Source: Balamuthia mandrillaris (taxonomy: Eukaryota). From it: a stretch of DNA of 64,000 bases. Shown piece by piece: positions 22,701 through 35,276 of this stretch. The notes under the pieces were generated by a model, which saw only the letters and a list, made by a program, of their open reading frames with translations, was not told the DNA's origin and did not search any database. Each line of letters opens with the position of its first letter. Positions within the stretch are counted from its first letter, which is position 1. Made by a program: the position numbers and the translations under genes. The stretch lies in the NCBI GenBank assembly GCA_031835245.2, contig JAVKOQ020000022.1, positions 62,001 to 126,000 of the forward strand, given 5' to 3'.

Positions 22701-25700
22701 GGAACAACAAACACAGTTCCTCTTTGCTGAATTCTTGGATAGTTTCGTCAATATCCTCGTCATGTTGGAGCAACTTCAGGATGGTTGAAACATGTTCCTC
22801 ATTGCTTGGAAGAGAAAGAATATTTGATACAGAACTGGACAGGTGCACTCTGTTCTTTTCCATCTCGATAAGATGATACCGCACTTCTCGCGCCACGTCA
22901 ATCACTGAGTTCGGATGAAAAAGGCAGACTCGCATTAGCAAACTTAACGTAGCGAGAGAGAGAAGAGACATGTACCCCAATCTTCTTGGGAGCAAATTAC
23001 AGATAAGAGTAACGTTTGGTACGGCCCATTACGGAAGTGAGTAGGCTGAACCATATCATCCTCAGATGGATAGGTTGGTCCCTCCATCTGGAAAGCCTGC
23101 ACCTTATGTTCTTTGAACACGTCCTCCCAGAGTGAGCAAGAAATAACACGGGCGGAGGAAGCTCTGCCTTTCAAGCAAGCAGCCAATACCACTGGCCGTC
23201 CATTTAGGAACTGTTTACTCAGTACTTCCATCTCCACACGGATGGCTGTTGGGTCTACCAGCAGGTAACACTGGCGTTTACTGATAGAATGGTACTGAAA
23301 CTTTCCCATCGCTTCCAGCAGCGGAGACACTGTCCCCATAAAAGCAAAGGTGAAAAACGCGAACAACAATTAAAGGATGAAGGAGAAGGAGGAGGGAAGA
23401 AGAGGAGGAAGAAAGGAGAGGAAAAAAGTACCTAGTGTTTTGTTTCGGAGAGGAGTCATAGATACATTTACTGGTTGGCCAAATTTAGGCACGTGATTGT
23501 GAAGGCTGGACTGTGGGCCACTCGGCTGCCTAACATGGCTGTCATCCTCGGAGTTACTTCCTTCATCCTTTCGCCTTTCCAATTCCTTTTCCATTTCTTC
23601 TCGTACTAGGCTCTCATTCGCTTTGCGTTCCTCTTCACTTAGAGGAGGGTAACTTTCTCCGCCAGCAGCATTTCCTACACTGCTGCTGCCGCCACTATCA
23701 TCCGACGCAACCTTATCCATGAACAATACTTCAAATCGTAGCATGGGAAGTTTGAAGGTCTGATCAGGTTTGGTGCGACTGCTGGGAGAGGAACCGTCTT
23801 CACCGTGGTCTAGCAAATACTTCAGTTTCATCTTGTTGATTTCTCTATTCATCCTACGTAGAGTTTGAGCCCATTCTTCCTCCTTTGTTGGAACGCCACC
23901 TTCGTCGTAGTATCCCTCCCAAAGCCCTTCTTCTTCCTCTTCGTCTTCGCTCTCCGAATCAAAGCCAAGCCTCATTTGTCCTTCACTTGCAAGTTCGAAC
24001 CGAAAAACAATGAGCTTAGCGTGGGAAAAACCTTTCCTGGATAGGGCTAGATTTTCCATTTCTTGCTTTTGTTTGAACTGATGAAACAGCGCCACTGACT
24101 TGGCTTTGCGGGCTTCCTTGAGCAGATCCAACACTTTGCTCTTTTGCTCAAGGCTGTCGATAATAGTCCTATGGTCAAACTCCAGGAGTCGAAAAGCTAC
24201 ATCAGCGGTGGACCGTCGCACCACGGTTGGTTCCGATGGAGAGGACAGATGCAGCTCTGCTTGTCGCACCGAGAGGGCTGATCCGCATACGGTGACGGTG
24301 CCATCCGTTCCGAACATGTCTCCTCGAGTTAGCTGCGACTTCCAACCAGATGGATAGGGCTTGCCGCCTTGGTAGATTGTCACTTTGATCTCGTAAGGTT
24401 GCAAGTATTGCTCTTCTTCTGGAAGCATTACATCTCTTTGTGCTTGCCGCCAAAGAAAGGGAGAGCAACACTCCAAACTGTATCCAAGGAAGATATGGAA
24501 AACAAATATGTCAAGGCTGTGCTTGCAAAATAGTCACTATAAAAGTCAAAGGTGATGTACCTGGTCAAAAGTTTCTTACCACAATGGAACAGGCGGCTAA
24601 GGGATGTTTTATCACCAACCCAGTACTTGCCCACTCCTGTTTTACCCTAATTGGCGGCATTAGAGAAGGAAGAATACAGAAGCATGGAGAGAGAAATAGA
24701 TCAAGATAAGGATAAGAAGAGAGATGACAGAGATATAGGTACTTTCTTAGCCCAGGGTGATCCAAAATTTGCCGGTGCTAACATAATAAGGTGTTGAATC
24801 CGATGCCGATAAAGCGGTTTGTAGTACAAATAGAGAAAATAACGAACAATAAGAGCACCGGTGCTGTACACAACGATGTTTATCTTTGGACCCGATAGCT
24901 TCTCCACGGTGTCCTTGTTGGCTTCTTGCCCGTCCGACCGCGAGAACTTAAGTTTTCTTACTCCCTTCTTTAACTGCTCAAAGAACGGGACAGCAGGGGC
25001 AGACGAAGCTTCTTCACCATCCTCACTGCCCCTGTAGCCATCTCCAATACCATCACCGCCACCTGTTGTTGGATTAGATTGTGAGGAATGGGTAGTTTGA
25101 AGTTGTTGAACCCCGCGCTGCATCTGGTCGTAAAACCCGAGAGTGCCCCTCCGTCTCATGTGCAGTGGCCCATGGAACATCTGACGGGCTCTCTGTTTCC
25201 TCTCTTTTCGATCCTGTAGCTGCCGCTTGACCCATGCATTGACAACACACTCGACCTCCTGCTCTTGCCCAACAGGCGCCTCATCATGCCGTAAAGGTGG
25301 TTCTGACTGCGACGTTATTACGCCCTTCTTCAACCGGCTCTCAGATGACGTCTTTTTCAGCGGTCGAGCGGAAGGAAATTCGGTTGTCGATTGTTGTGTG
25401 TGGGATGACGAAGCGGATTTGCTCCGTCGATGACCTCTTCCGTTGCGAGGGCTGGAATCTCCATCACGAGATGGCACAACCAACGAACGTGCTTGTGAAA
25501 AACCTTCATCACTAACAACTTTTGTTGTCGAAGCAGAAAGCGTGTTCCCTTCCTGTAGAACGGGTTGTGGACAAGGAGTAACATCTGAGGCTTGAGCGTG
25601 TGTTTGCTGCCGTTGATTGAGCATGGTAGCTGTACCCCTTCTCATTCTTTCATAAAGCGCTCCTGAGCCACTTCGTCGGTAGGTGCCCTGTTGTGATGTC

Positions 25701-28633
25701 GCTTCGTTTCTTAGCTGCTGTATTGCGAATGATAAGAGGGGCCGCTGTTCCTGTTTGATCCCATCTTCGTTGATGTTATCTATTGCTATGTTTTGTGCCT
25801 CTTTTTCAATCGCCAAAGCATTGTTTTTCTCATTTTGTTCATTCCGTGCGTGTCCTTCTTCGTGTCCCTCTCCTTGCCAAAGCATTAGACTGGATAGGGC
25901 GTCTTCAGTAGTTTTTAGCAAAGAATGAGAGAATGTTGCCTTGCTGTTGTTCATTGCTTGTATTAGTTGCTCTGTGACGCTTGCAAATGTTGTCTCTCTT
26001 TCTTTTTGTTCTGCTTCTGCTTCTGCTTCTGCTTCTGCTTCTGCTTCTGCTTCTGCTTCTGCTTCTGCTTCTGCTTCTGCTTCTGCTTCTGCTTCTGCTT
26101 CTGCTTCTGCTTCTGCTTTTGCTTTTGCTTTTGCCCATGCTTCTGCTTCTTTTGCTTTATCCTTTTCATCTGCTTTGCCACTGTCTTTTTTTCGTAGTTC
26201 AATAGCTTGGTTGAATTGAAGAGATTTGCTATCCTTCATTGAATCTGGCGAAACTTTGAAGATTGCAGTCTGTTTATCGCCCTTATTTTCTGAGGGAGAG
26301 GAAGGAGAGGGAGCAGGAAGAGGAGGCGAAGATAATGGTGATTGAGTGCTTATTGGAAGTGAGTCCTCCAGCGAATCGCTGAGTGTGCTTGCAGATTGCG
26401 GAGCACTCGTTGTACGCAGCCTCTCGGCACCTTTTTTCATGTATTCATAGAATCCAGCAGTAGAAGGGGAATCGTCACCTTCTCCAAGTGTTCGCGTTGT
26501 TTCTGTTGCAGCATGTGACTCCTCTTCTTTTGTCACTGCTGGTTTCCGACTGTTAGCCCAATTGCCCATAACTTCGGCCTTCTTCTTGCCACGCTCCATC
26601 ATCTTTTCCTTGCTCTGCGCCCACCTTTCTCTTTTTTCTTTGGAGGCCTCCACGAATCGTGCCCTCTTCTCTCGAGAGACTTCCAGTATCCTCTCCTTCT
26701 TTTCTCTGCCGCTTTGCATCAATCGATCCCTGCGCTCTCTTGAAGCTTCTACCAGCATGTCCTTGCGTTCTCTGCCAGCTTTCATCAGTTTGTCCTTCTT
26801 CTCTCGCAAGCGTGTTGCCTGCTCGTTCAGCATGGCTCTCTTCTGTAGCAAAAAATCTTCAATGGCTAAGGACTGCTCCAATATGGTTTTAAAGGGCAAT
26901 CCTTCGTAAGCAGCTAGTTTGTGCAGCAACGCTTTCCATTCTTTGAGATCGAGGCCGTGGCTTGCTATGATTTGCAATAGCGTTTCGTTGTCAGATGACA
27001 CTATCTTTTGTTTTGTTGCGTCTTTGATCTGCAACTGTCGGTCTAGATGTTTCTGTCAGTATTATAATAAACCATTAAACACAGAGTATACGGAGGAGCT
27101 CACCTGAAGAAAGGCTAGCCAGGTCGTACCGATGAACGCGCGTGAAGTTGGTTGGGTTACTTATTTCCAACGAATCAGGGTCTACAGCTCTTTGTTTCTT
27201 CTTCCGCTGTTTTTCTTGCCAGCGCTGCTCCTTTAACTCTTTTTCTCTTTGCTCTTTCTCTCTTTTCCGTCGTTCCCTCTCTAGCCGTTCTCTTCGTTTC
27301 TTGAGGCCTGTTGTGTCCGTGTGTTCCTGCACAAAAGCATGAAACCGGCGAGCTAGCAGCTGAATGGTGGCCATGTCATCCAAAGACTCGTAAGCGAAGA
27401 GATGGACGGGGTGACCCCATTCTTCCTGCAAGTTGCGTTGCACGTTTCTCCATTGTGCCAAGTTGTCGTTCCATCCATGAATCAGGAAAGTTATTTCCTT
27501 TGGTTGCCTTGTCGTTGCTTTGACTAAAGGAACAACAAAAGGCCAACAGTAAGAGAGCTGTAACAACAGAAGAGGAAAAAAGCATAAATACCAAAGTGCT
27601 TTTTCAGAGCTGCAGCTCCGGCTTCTAAAGAAGTGGCATGTCCTTTCCCACCACTCACAACAGCAGAATGAGTAGCGTTCAGATCTTCACTTGCTACACA
27701 CTCCTCGTCTTCGGGGTGGAGGTTGGAGCGTACCTCCCATCGTCTCTCTGGTGACAGCACCAACTCTATGGCCCTTTGCTCTGATTATTGCACCAAATGA
27801 GAAATGAGGAATAACGCAATATAAACAACGCAACAAAGAGAGAGACCTTCTGTCAATTCGCTTAGCTGACAAAATAGAGCAGACAGAAGGATCCAAAGGT
27901 TCGCAGGTGCAGAATGTGGTTAGCGGACTTCCAAAAAAAAAAAAGAACATCTTATTATCTCTCCCAACGCGAGGCGCAGACAACAACAACAACAACAACA
28001 ACAAACACAGACGAAAACATGGGAGCGTTACATGCAAAAGGCGATAATAGCTGTCATCGCTATCCAGGGAACATTCCTCCTCATTACAGCTGACAATGAT
28101 ACCTTCGTCCAACAGAGCTTTGGTTTTGTTTCAAAGTCAATCACACTACCACTTCACCAACGAAAATGAAAGAGGGAGCTAACAATAAACGCAGACCCTG
28201 TGCTATGGCCTCTGCATTGGTTCGGGTGGTAGTCGTTTCTTGCAACACCCATGAGATGGCATCTTTGCCTTTGTTTTGTTGGTTGGTTTTGGAACAAAAA
28301 GCAAGAATAAGAGATCACACGACCAAGAAGAGAAAGTGCAGTGGGCCAGGAGAACCAACCTTTAAACAGGACCTCTTCGGCGACGCTTGACGCAAATGAG
28401 GTTGCGGAAGAGCGTGCTACAAAAGAGGTGGTACCACTCCGAGGAACTCCTTTGGAAGGATCAGAAAAAGCTTCCAAGAACTCTGGCAAAGGAATGGCGG
28501 CCACAGGAGGTGCATCCCCGCTGTCTCGTCCTGCTCCTTGGCGCTGTAGTTTTTCTCCCGTCACAACGGCGACGCGGGGTCTTGGCTTCAAATTCCGTAG
28601 TTTGAGTCTCTCCTCTTTGTTTCGACTGAACAT
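19514..28633 (-). CDS. Very large multi-exon protein: DEP domain, split lipase-like alpha/beta-hydrolase (with CRIB-like motif and repeats in the insert), degenerate App1-like HAD phosphatase domain
   Basis: Intron phases checked by hand join the ORF pieces in one frame. DEP: 'VLFK|GKDAISWVLQ...AEAIAQ|ALLDEGII...DSDDSYYRL'. Hydrolase: 'FLIHGWND', 'INIVVYSTGALIVR', 'MLAPANFGSP'. App1-like: 'KILCGMYDV', 'PYPGA', 'LVFLT', 'QYMLLYPEYQFVLV'. Confidence 0.7.
26010..26135. repeat. (TCTGCT)n hexamer microsatellite encoding (AE)n in the large minus-strand gene
   Basis: Read directly; about 18 perfect units followed by TTTGCT variants. Confidence 0.97.
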
Positions 28634-28908
28634 GTGGCCTCATGCAGCTTGCGATCTGATTGATCCCTCCCTCCCCCTCCCTCCCCTTCCTACATATACA
28701 CGCGCAACACCAGCAGCAACTGCCCCCTTCTCGCTAGCTCTCGCTTTGCCTTGGCGCCGCCGCATTGCCCCTGCAGCGCTCATTTTCATGTCGACACGAA
28801 TATGTAATTAGGGTTTACTGTTTTTCTCTGCCAAACCCTAACCCTGCACCAGGGTATCGCCTGTTCTAGAGTAGGCAAGAGAGAAGACAAAAAAAAAAAA
28901 AGATGGTT

Positions 28909-29403
28909 TTAGTTGTGAGTGCCGTGGCCAAGAACAACCGAAAACTCTTGGGGCAACTGAGGACAAAGGGCCATAATCCTTTCCCAGCTCCGCTCCCACA
29001 TTCGTTTCCGCATTCGTAACAACGGGTCCTCAATGATATCTTCACCACTATCGCTAGTTGCTTGTTCCTCCAAAGAAGAGGGAGTAGCTTCCTCTGCAGT
29101 GGGAAGGGGAGGAGAAGAAGGGACAGGATTTGAGTTTTGTTGTGCAGAGGTTTGCTCGTCATCATTCCCGTCTTGTGTTTTATATTCCTGTTGTTGCTGG
29201 GGAGGAGTAATAGTTGCATCGGTGGAAAACTCTTCCGACGGTGCACAGTTGGCAGGCAGGGAAGAGGGTTTGGAAGGAGAAGGGCGTGGTGGGGGCAGCA
29301 GCATTCCTGAAGTTGACATCACCAATAGTATGTTTTTAAGCGATTCAAGCACAGTCTCCGTCTTTGAGGGAAATAACATAAAGTCAGCATTTTGAGAGAT
29401 GAG

Positions 29404-29443
<40 letters not shown>

Positions 29444-32308
29444 CAAAAGATCGCTATCGCCGGTGTTCATGTAGACCTCGATAAATTGTAAGACATGCAT
29501 CCAGAGTCGTTCAAACTCATCAGCCTTCCACAACTCGCCCATATAGTGCAAAAATATTTTGGAGAGCAACCAAGGCGCTCGCAACCGGATTTCCTCCAAT
29601 GACGAAGCCGATTGTGGATGCTGAGGATTTCGGCGATGTGAAGAAGGTGAACGATGGGATGAAGTTGCCAACAAACGTTCGAGGAAAGGAAACAACACTT
29701 CGTAGAAGCACGCCAACCAATACTTTTGAGGAAGTTTCCGCACAATGGGGGAGAGCAAGGCGCGTTGTAGATGGACGATTGCGTTGTGGCGCACTTCCGG
29801 CCGTTGCTCACCAGCATCACAGAGCTCGCAAAAGTCCAACAATACTCGCTTGGTGAACTTATCCCATCCCTTGTCTCCTGTGATTCCTGTAATCGCTTGT
29901 TTCTGGATATGCATCAGTTGCTTCTCCTCTTCCTGTTGTTCTTCCTCTTCTTCAAGGTACGACTGCTGGACGGCGTAGAGGTGTAGCATTCGTGGTGTGG
30001 CACTGAAGAGAGAGTACATGAGCTCCATTGCATCTAGGCTTATGCTCTGAGAACAACTTCTTGACTTTGCAAAGCTTTTCGCCGTATCTAACATAGCAAA
30101 GAAGGTAGTTGGAGAGAGAACATCTGCACCAGATACTAACGCCTGCAAAATGTCAAATGATGTCTCGCTTGCTTTGGGCTCGTTGGCACAAAACTGGATA
30201 AGTTCAAAGAAGATGCTGCAGCCTTGAGGGGTGCTGAACGAGAAAAAAAAAGGTCAAGGCAAGGGACACCAAAATAGTAATCTTTTAACTTACGTGATTA
30301 AACAAGGATGACCATGGATGATGGTCGCAAGGACGGAAACAATGTGTTCAATGAGACCTTTAGAGACATTGCTATTCATCTTCATGAAAAGTTGCAAGGC
30401 CCTGAGCACTTGGTCAGAAATGGCCGGGTTGTGCACCAACTTGATGCAAAGAAGGGAAAGGTCCATTATGGCTCGTTCAACTAGAGGCATGCAAGTCTTG
30501 GCTGGCATTATAATACCAGAAAAGTGTTCATATACAAGAACCCTAAAGCCAAGAATGTTACGAAATAAGGCTGACTTCAACAAAACAAGAGACGCACCAA
30601 AGGAAAATTATTCGCTCCTGGTTTAGCAATGTAACTGCTGTGACCAAGTCCAAGCAAAATATGTTTGTCTTCTCGTCAAAAATAAAGCCTTCTCCTTGTT
30701 TAGTATTCAAACTGCCTCCCGGCCGTACCACTGATCCCAATATAAGGGCCTTCAGCAGGTACACAAGGGAATCTGCTTGCAACAACCTATTCCCCGCGAT
30801 GAACCAGCGTCGTAGTTAATTAACTCATCGAAGGCAGAGAGAGAGAGAAAGAGAGAGAGGCTAACCGGGAGTTTAGCAATATTGAGTTGATGTTGCAGTT
30901 TGCAATGCAATCCATAGTGGCCTGTTCTGCCTCAAGATCCTCAGGAGAAGATGGCACATCCTCAGGAACTTGTTCAAACCAGCCACCCGTTCCAATGAAC
31001 GTAAACCCTGAGAAGACGCTACCGCTAGATGCATTCTTGTTGCGGTCTCTCTTTTGTTTCTGCGCTGGGCGGCGGCCAAGAAAGTGGCGAGGCAACCAAG
31101 TGGCTGGCAGGCCCCCAGGAATAGGGTCCTTCAATGGCGAGGAGTTCTTTCCACTTGAATTACCCATTTCTTCAATTGCTTTTTGCAGATCGGCCAACGG
31201 AGGAAGTAACTTCAGCTTCCTCAACGTAAGCAAACAACTGAGAATCTGCAGTAAAACACCCAAATAAAGTGATGAGTACACAATTAGAGACTAAAGTACA
31301 AATTATCAACTACGTACATATTTCCAGCCTTCCCTAAAGTGATTGCCATATTTTTGGGTAATATTGAATACGGCCTGGGTTGCAAGTTGTGCTTTTCGAT
31401 TTCTGCCAAAGGCCAAAATACCGTTGGCCTTTGGAGCAGATAACAGCGTGGAGAATTTGCATAAAGATATCTGCAACGCAGTAACCGTGAGAATTGGGAT
31501 AAGAAACACGCTTCTCTCACTTTGTGGGTGTTTGTGTTTCGTACCACTAAGTTATCAAAGACATCACCAAGATTGTAATAGGCAGATACTTCTGCACAGA
31601 GATTAAACCCTCCTAATGCTTTTTGAAGTATAGCTTCATCTTCGGCTGTGTCAAACACTATATGGGACTGAGTTTTAGTAACGACTTTCCACGTGAGAGC
31701 TTCAAGTCAACATACCAACTGAAATGGCTGCAATGATAGGGCATCCAAGGATAATAGAAAACATGTCTTTATCGTATGCAGCACAAGATGTAGATATATA
31801 GGGACTCGCTCTGCGAGCCTTCTTTAACAAGCTCCTCCATTGCAAAGCTGAAACGGTATCTCCATCATAGTCCTCAAGCAACTAGACATTGTAGAAATAA
31901 CAATAAGAGAGGATAATGCAAGAAGAGCAAGATAGGTACTTTGAAAGGGTGTGCTAGAATGGAGTTATATATATCAATCAACATCTGACGGGGGTGATCC
32001 TTGCCCCCATTTGTTTCCCGTAAGTTGGCTATGAACTCAGATTGTTTCATTTTTTTCTGATGACATAACCAAAGAAATTGTTAATAAGGAAGTTTGGTGC
32101 ACTCAAGAAGAGATAAATACCGGAACGCTAGCGTTATGCAGGTCTGAGTTTAAAAGCACAACCGAGAAAGTTAGGAGATAGCACGAGTCCTCATCAGCAA
32201 ACGTCGTCGGATTGCATTCGTAGTACCGACTGGAAAAGTTTTCAAGTATACGTGTGATTTGGCCTGTTTCACCATGTAGCCTTAAAAGCGACAACTTAAG
32301 CGAAAATT

Positions 32309-32383
<75 letters not shown>

Positions 32384-34964
32384 ACCTAAAGGTTTCCAAG
32401 AAAGTGCGCAGAGCGGGTAAAAGAGAAACGCCCTGGAAATTAAACGTGTTTAAATAAGCTTGTAGGACTGCCTTATTGAAGTCATGCTCTTTGCCAAGGT
32501 ATTGGCCTATAATTGTTTTGTCTAAGCCAGGTGTATTCCGTAAGAATGCGGCCACACTTGGAGCATCTAAAGGATCCGGTAACAGATGATATTCTGCGCA
32601 TAGAGTATGGTCAACAAAAAAAAATACTTCATAGGAAAGATGAATCACCTTGCAAAAACTTCAAGCCTTCTTTGTAGTCCTTATTCCAATGCTCTGCAGC
32701 AAGAGCTAGTAACCGTTTAAGCTGTTTTCTCTTCGATAGCTCTTCTGCAGAAGGATAGCCCTCCTTTGAAGCCCCAAGAAAAACGTTAACTTTACTGCAA
32801 AGAAGAGAGCAACACCTTCAATTAATAAAATATCTGACGGCTTACCGGAATAGGCGGAGGATTTTTGCATCGCTCAGAGATTGCCTGGATTGCCGCCAAC
32901 AGAACATCCAAAGAGAGTACGTGCAGTGTATATAAAGATCCACTAACGGGAAAAGCATTCTATTTGGTAACGTTGCCGAACGAAGAAGTATTAATAATAA
33001 AGAACAAACACAACCGCCAGGGAGAAATGGGGATATTTGCCAAACCTTGTAAAGAAATTTGCACAGAGACTCAAAGAGATTGGCGCAGTAAATGTCGCAG
33101 TCAAAGTTTAGGTAGAGCTCTACCAAGAAGGAAGGAGAGGAACAGAACTCAAGTAAGCTCTCAAGCGCAAGCTCCTGCTTCTCGTAAGAACTATATCTGC
33201 TGTCCATGACGGTGTTGAGCATGCACAGAAGAAACGCTTCCATTTGCAGCTTCAACGCTTCCTTGTAAGACTGATGGCTGAAGAGGTTGTACCATATGCG
33301 TAGAGTTAACGTGAATATGGAAAGTTCCTCGCTTAACAAATTCAAGCAAAGATTTTTGCAAAGGTCATTTCGGACTAGAGGAAGAAGATGAGCAGGGAAT
33401 GGAGGGCACTGAATCTCCAAGATTGTGTTGATGAGAGAAAGGCCCAACTGGCGAATAGATACTGTGTTGGAGGGTTTGGGTTGTATCAAAGAGCACAAGA
33501 ATCCAAAGAGCTTGTTGAGACAGGAAAGGCCGTAAGGTTTGTTGCCTACTGTGCCCGTACTGCTTGCGGTTTCTTCGTTCCTTTGAAATCGTATACCACG
33601 AGGGTTTATGAACTCCATCTCTCCTTTTGCTCTGCTGGCGGTTGTATTCGCGTCGTTGGTTCGAGTTTCCACCTCCCCACTTCCACTGTGCACACTTTCC
33701 TTCTCTTTTTCCATCCCTTCCTCTCGTGCTCCTCCCCCTGGCTCAACACTTCTCGGCAGATCTGGCGAAGGAGGAATAGAAGGCGGTTGGGCATAGCTAT
33801 TCGAGTCCGGGAATGCATCGTCATCATCGATAACGAGTGCTGTTGAGTTTTCTTTGGGAACACTATCCTCTTTGCAGTACTGGTTACAGTTTAGGAAAAC
33901 AGTTTGAATCATTTCGGATAATGTGTACTCTGCTTGTTTGCGCAACAGTTCTATAATATACGAGGAATTGACGTTATCAAACAAGGACAAACGAAAGACA
34001 GCAAACCCACAATACATTGGGGAGTGCTTAAGAAAACACAATGGGAGAGCAAACCACTAAGACGGTTCTGAACACTCAAACGGAAACACGTTTGAACCAT
34101 GCTGAACACAAGCTCGTCTGTAAGCAAGAATCCTGCAGGGCACCGTAGGCAAGAGAGCAACACCTATGGCAACAATTACAAAAACACAAACAATAGAAGG
34201 TTTAGTTGCTTCGAGACAATGTCTACGCGTTATAAACTGAGCTTATGTATGCACCTCTAAGATGGTAGCCAATACCACCTCGTCACTCTCCGTCTGCGTT
34301 GCTTCAAACCTACAGTTGCTAACAATCTCAGTGATAGTAGCAACGGCTTTGGCTGCATTTGGAGTTTTCTCATCTGAGGTCCACCGTTTGATTTATAGTC
34401 ACATGAGAAGAGCAAGGTGGGGCACAAAAAATGTTGGCGGACGTACGTATGAAGCCATAGTTCAGAAACTTGTTGATGGAGGAGAGGGCCACGCCAGTGA
34501 TCGGCCCGCTGGTTTCCTCGGAGCGAATGACGCCCAGGAAGGGTTTCAGGTAGGTCAGCGGGTCCATCTCAGTGAGATCTATGCAGGTTGGCAAAAAAAT
34601 CCCAGCAGATGAGTTGGTTGGTGGCAAGGAGCAGCTTTGACATGGCAGGAGGAAACTAAACAAACCTTCCACCTGAGATAAAGTATTGCGCAGAGCCTTG
34701 AACCCTTGCAGCAGGGGTCCTTCTGAATAAGACATCTGTTTTGTTTTTTTTTTTGACTCGTTTAAATGAGAGAGAGAGAGAGAGAGAGAGCAGGGAAAGA
34801 GGAAGAGGGAGAGAGAGTGAGAGAGGGAATCAAACCAGTCTGGATGCAGAGGATGCCCAACGAGAGTTGAGGCGCATGCGCGCCACCACATTCTGTATCT
34901 CGCCAATGACCACGTGAAGGGCCTTGGGGGGTGGCGTGGAGGGTGTCGCAACCAGCACTTGCAT
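28909..34964 (-). CDS. GBF1: Large Sec7 ARF-GEF, GBF1/Gea/GNOM family
   Basis: 'GEIQNVVARMRLNSRW', DCB 'PFLGVIRSEETSGPITGVALSSINKFL', HUS 'ELYLNFDCDIYCANLFE', Sec7 'FR|LHGETGQITRILENF...LTFSVVLLNSDLHN', and HDS domains. Confidence 0.95.
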
Positions 34965-35276
34965 TCTTGGTCGCTGCTTACTCGCTCCTCCCCCTTCGTT
35001 GCCAACGAAGACAAGAACGATATGGAAGAAGGAAAACCGCAGCTGGTCTCGTGAGGCCTCTTCTCTCTTCTCTCCTCCCTGCTGCTCTCCCCCACCCCCT
35101 TATTTTTTGATTCCAGAGAGCTGGGAAATGCCCCCTCATGCGGGGCATTGTGTCGTCATGGAATACGCTACTGTGTCGACGTGAACAATGCAACCCAAGC
35201 ATACCACTGGTCCAAACAGGGAGAATCGCATGGAATTCAAACACAAGGATTCTATTCCCTTCCTTCCTTTGGCGGA

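Noticed and set aside
25905..26219. Poly-SR, poly-QK, poly-CF and poly-L ORFs
   Set aside because: Alternative frames of the (TCTGCT)n microsatellite; only the (AE)n frame is continuous with the gene.
28808..28843. Telomere-like TTAGGG/CCCTAA motifs (also at 53686-53696)
   Set aside because: Only one or two units each; they could be telobox-like promoter elements but are not supportable as interstitial telomere.
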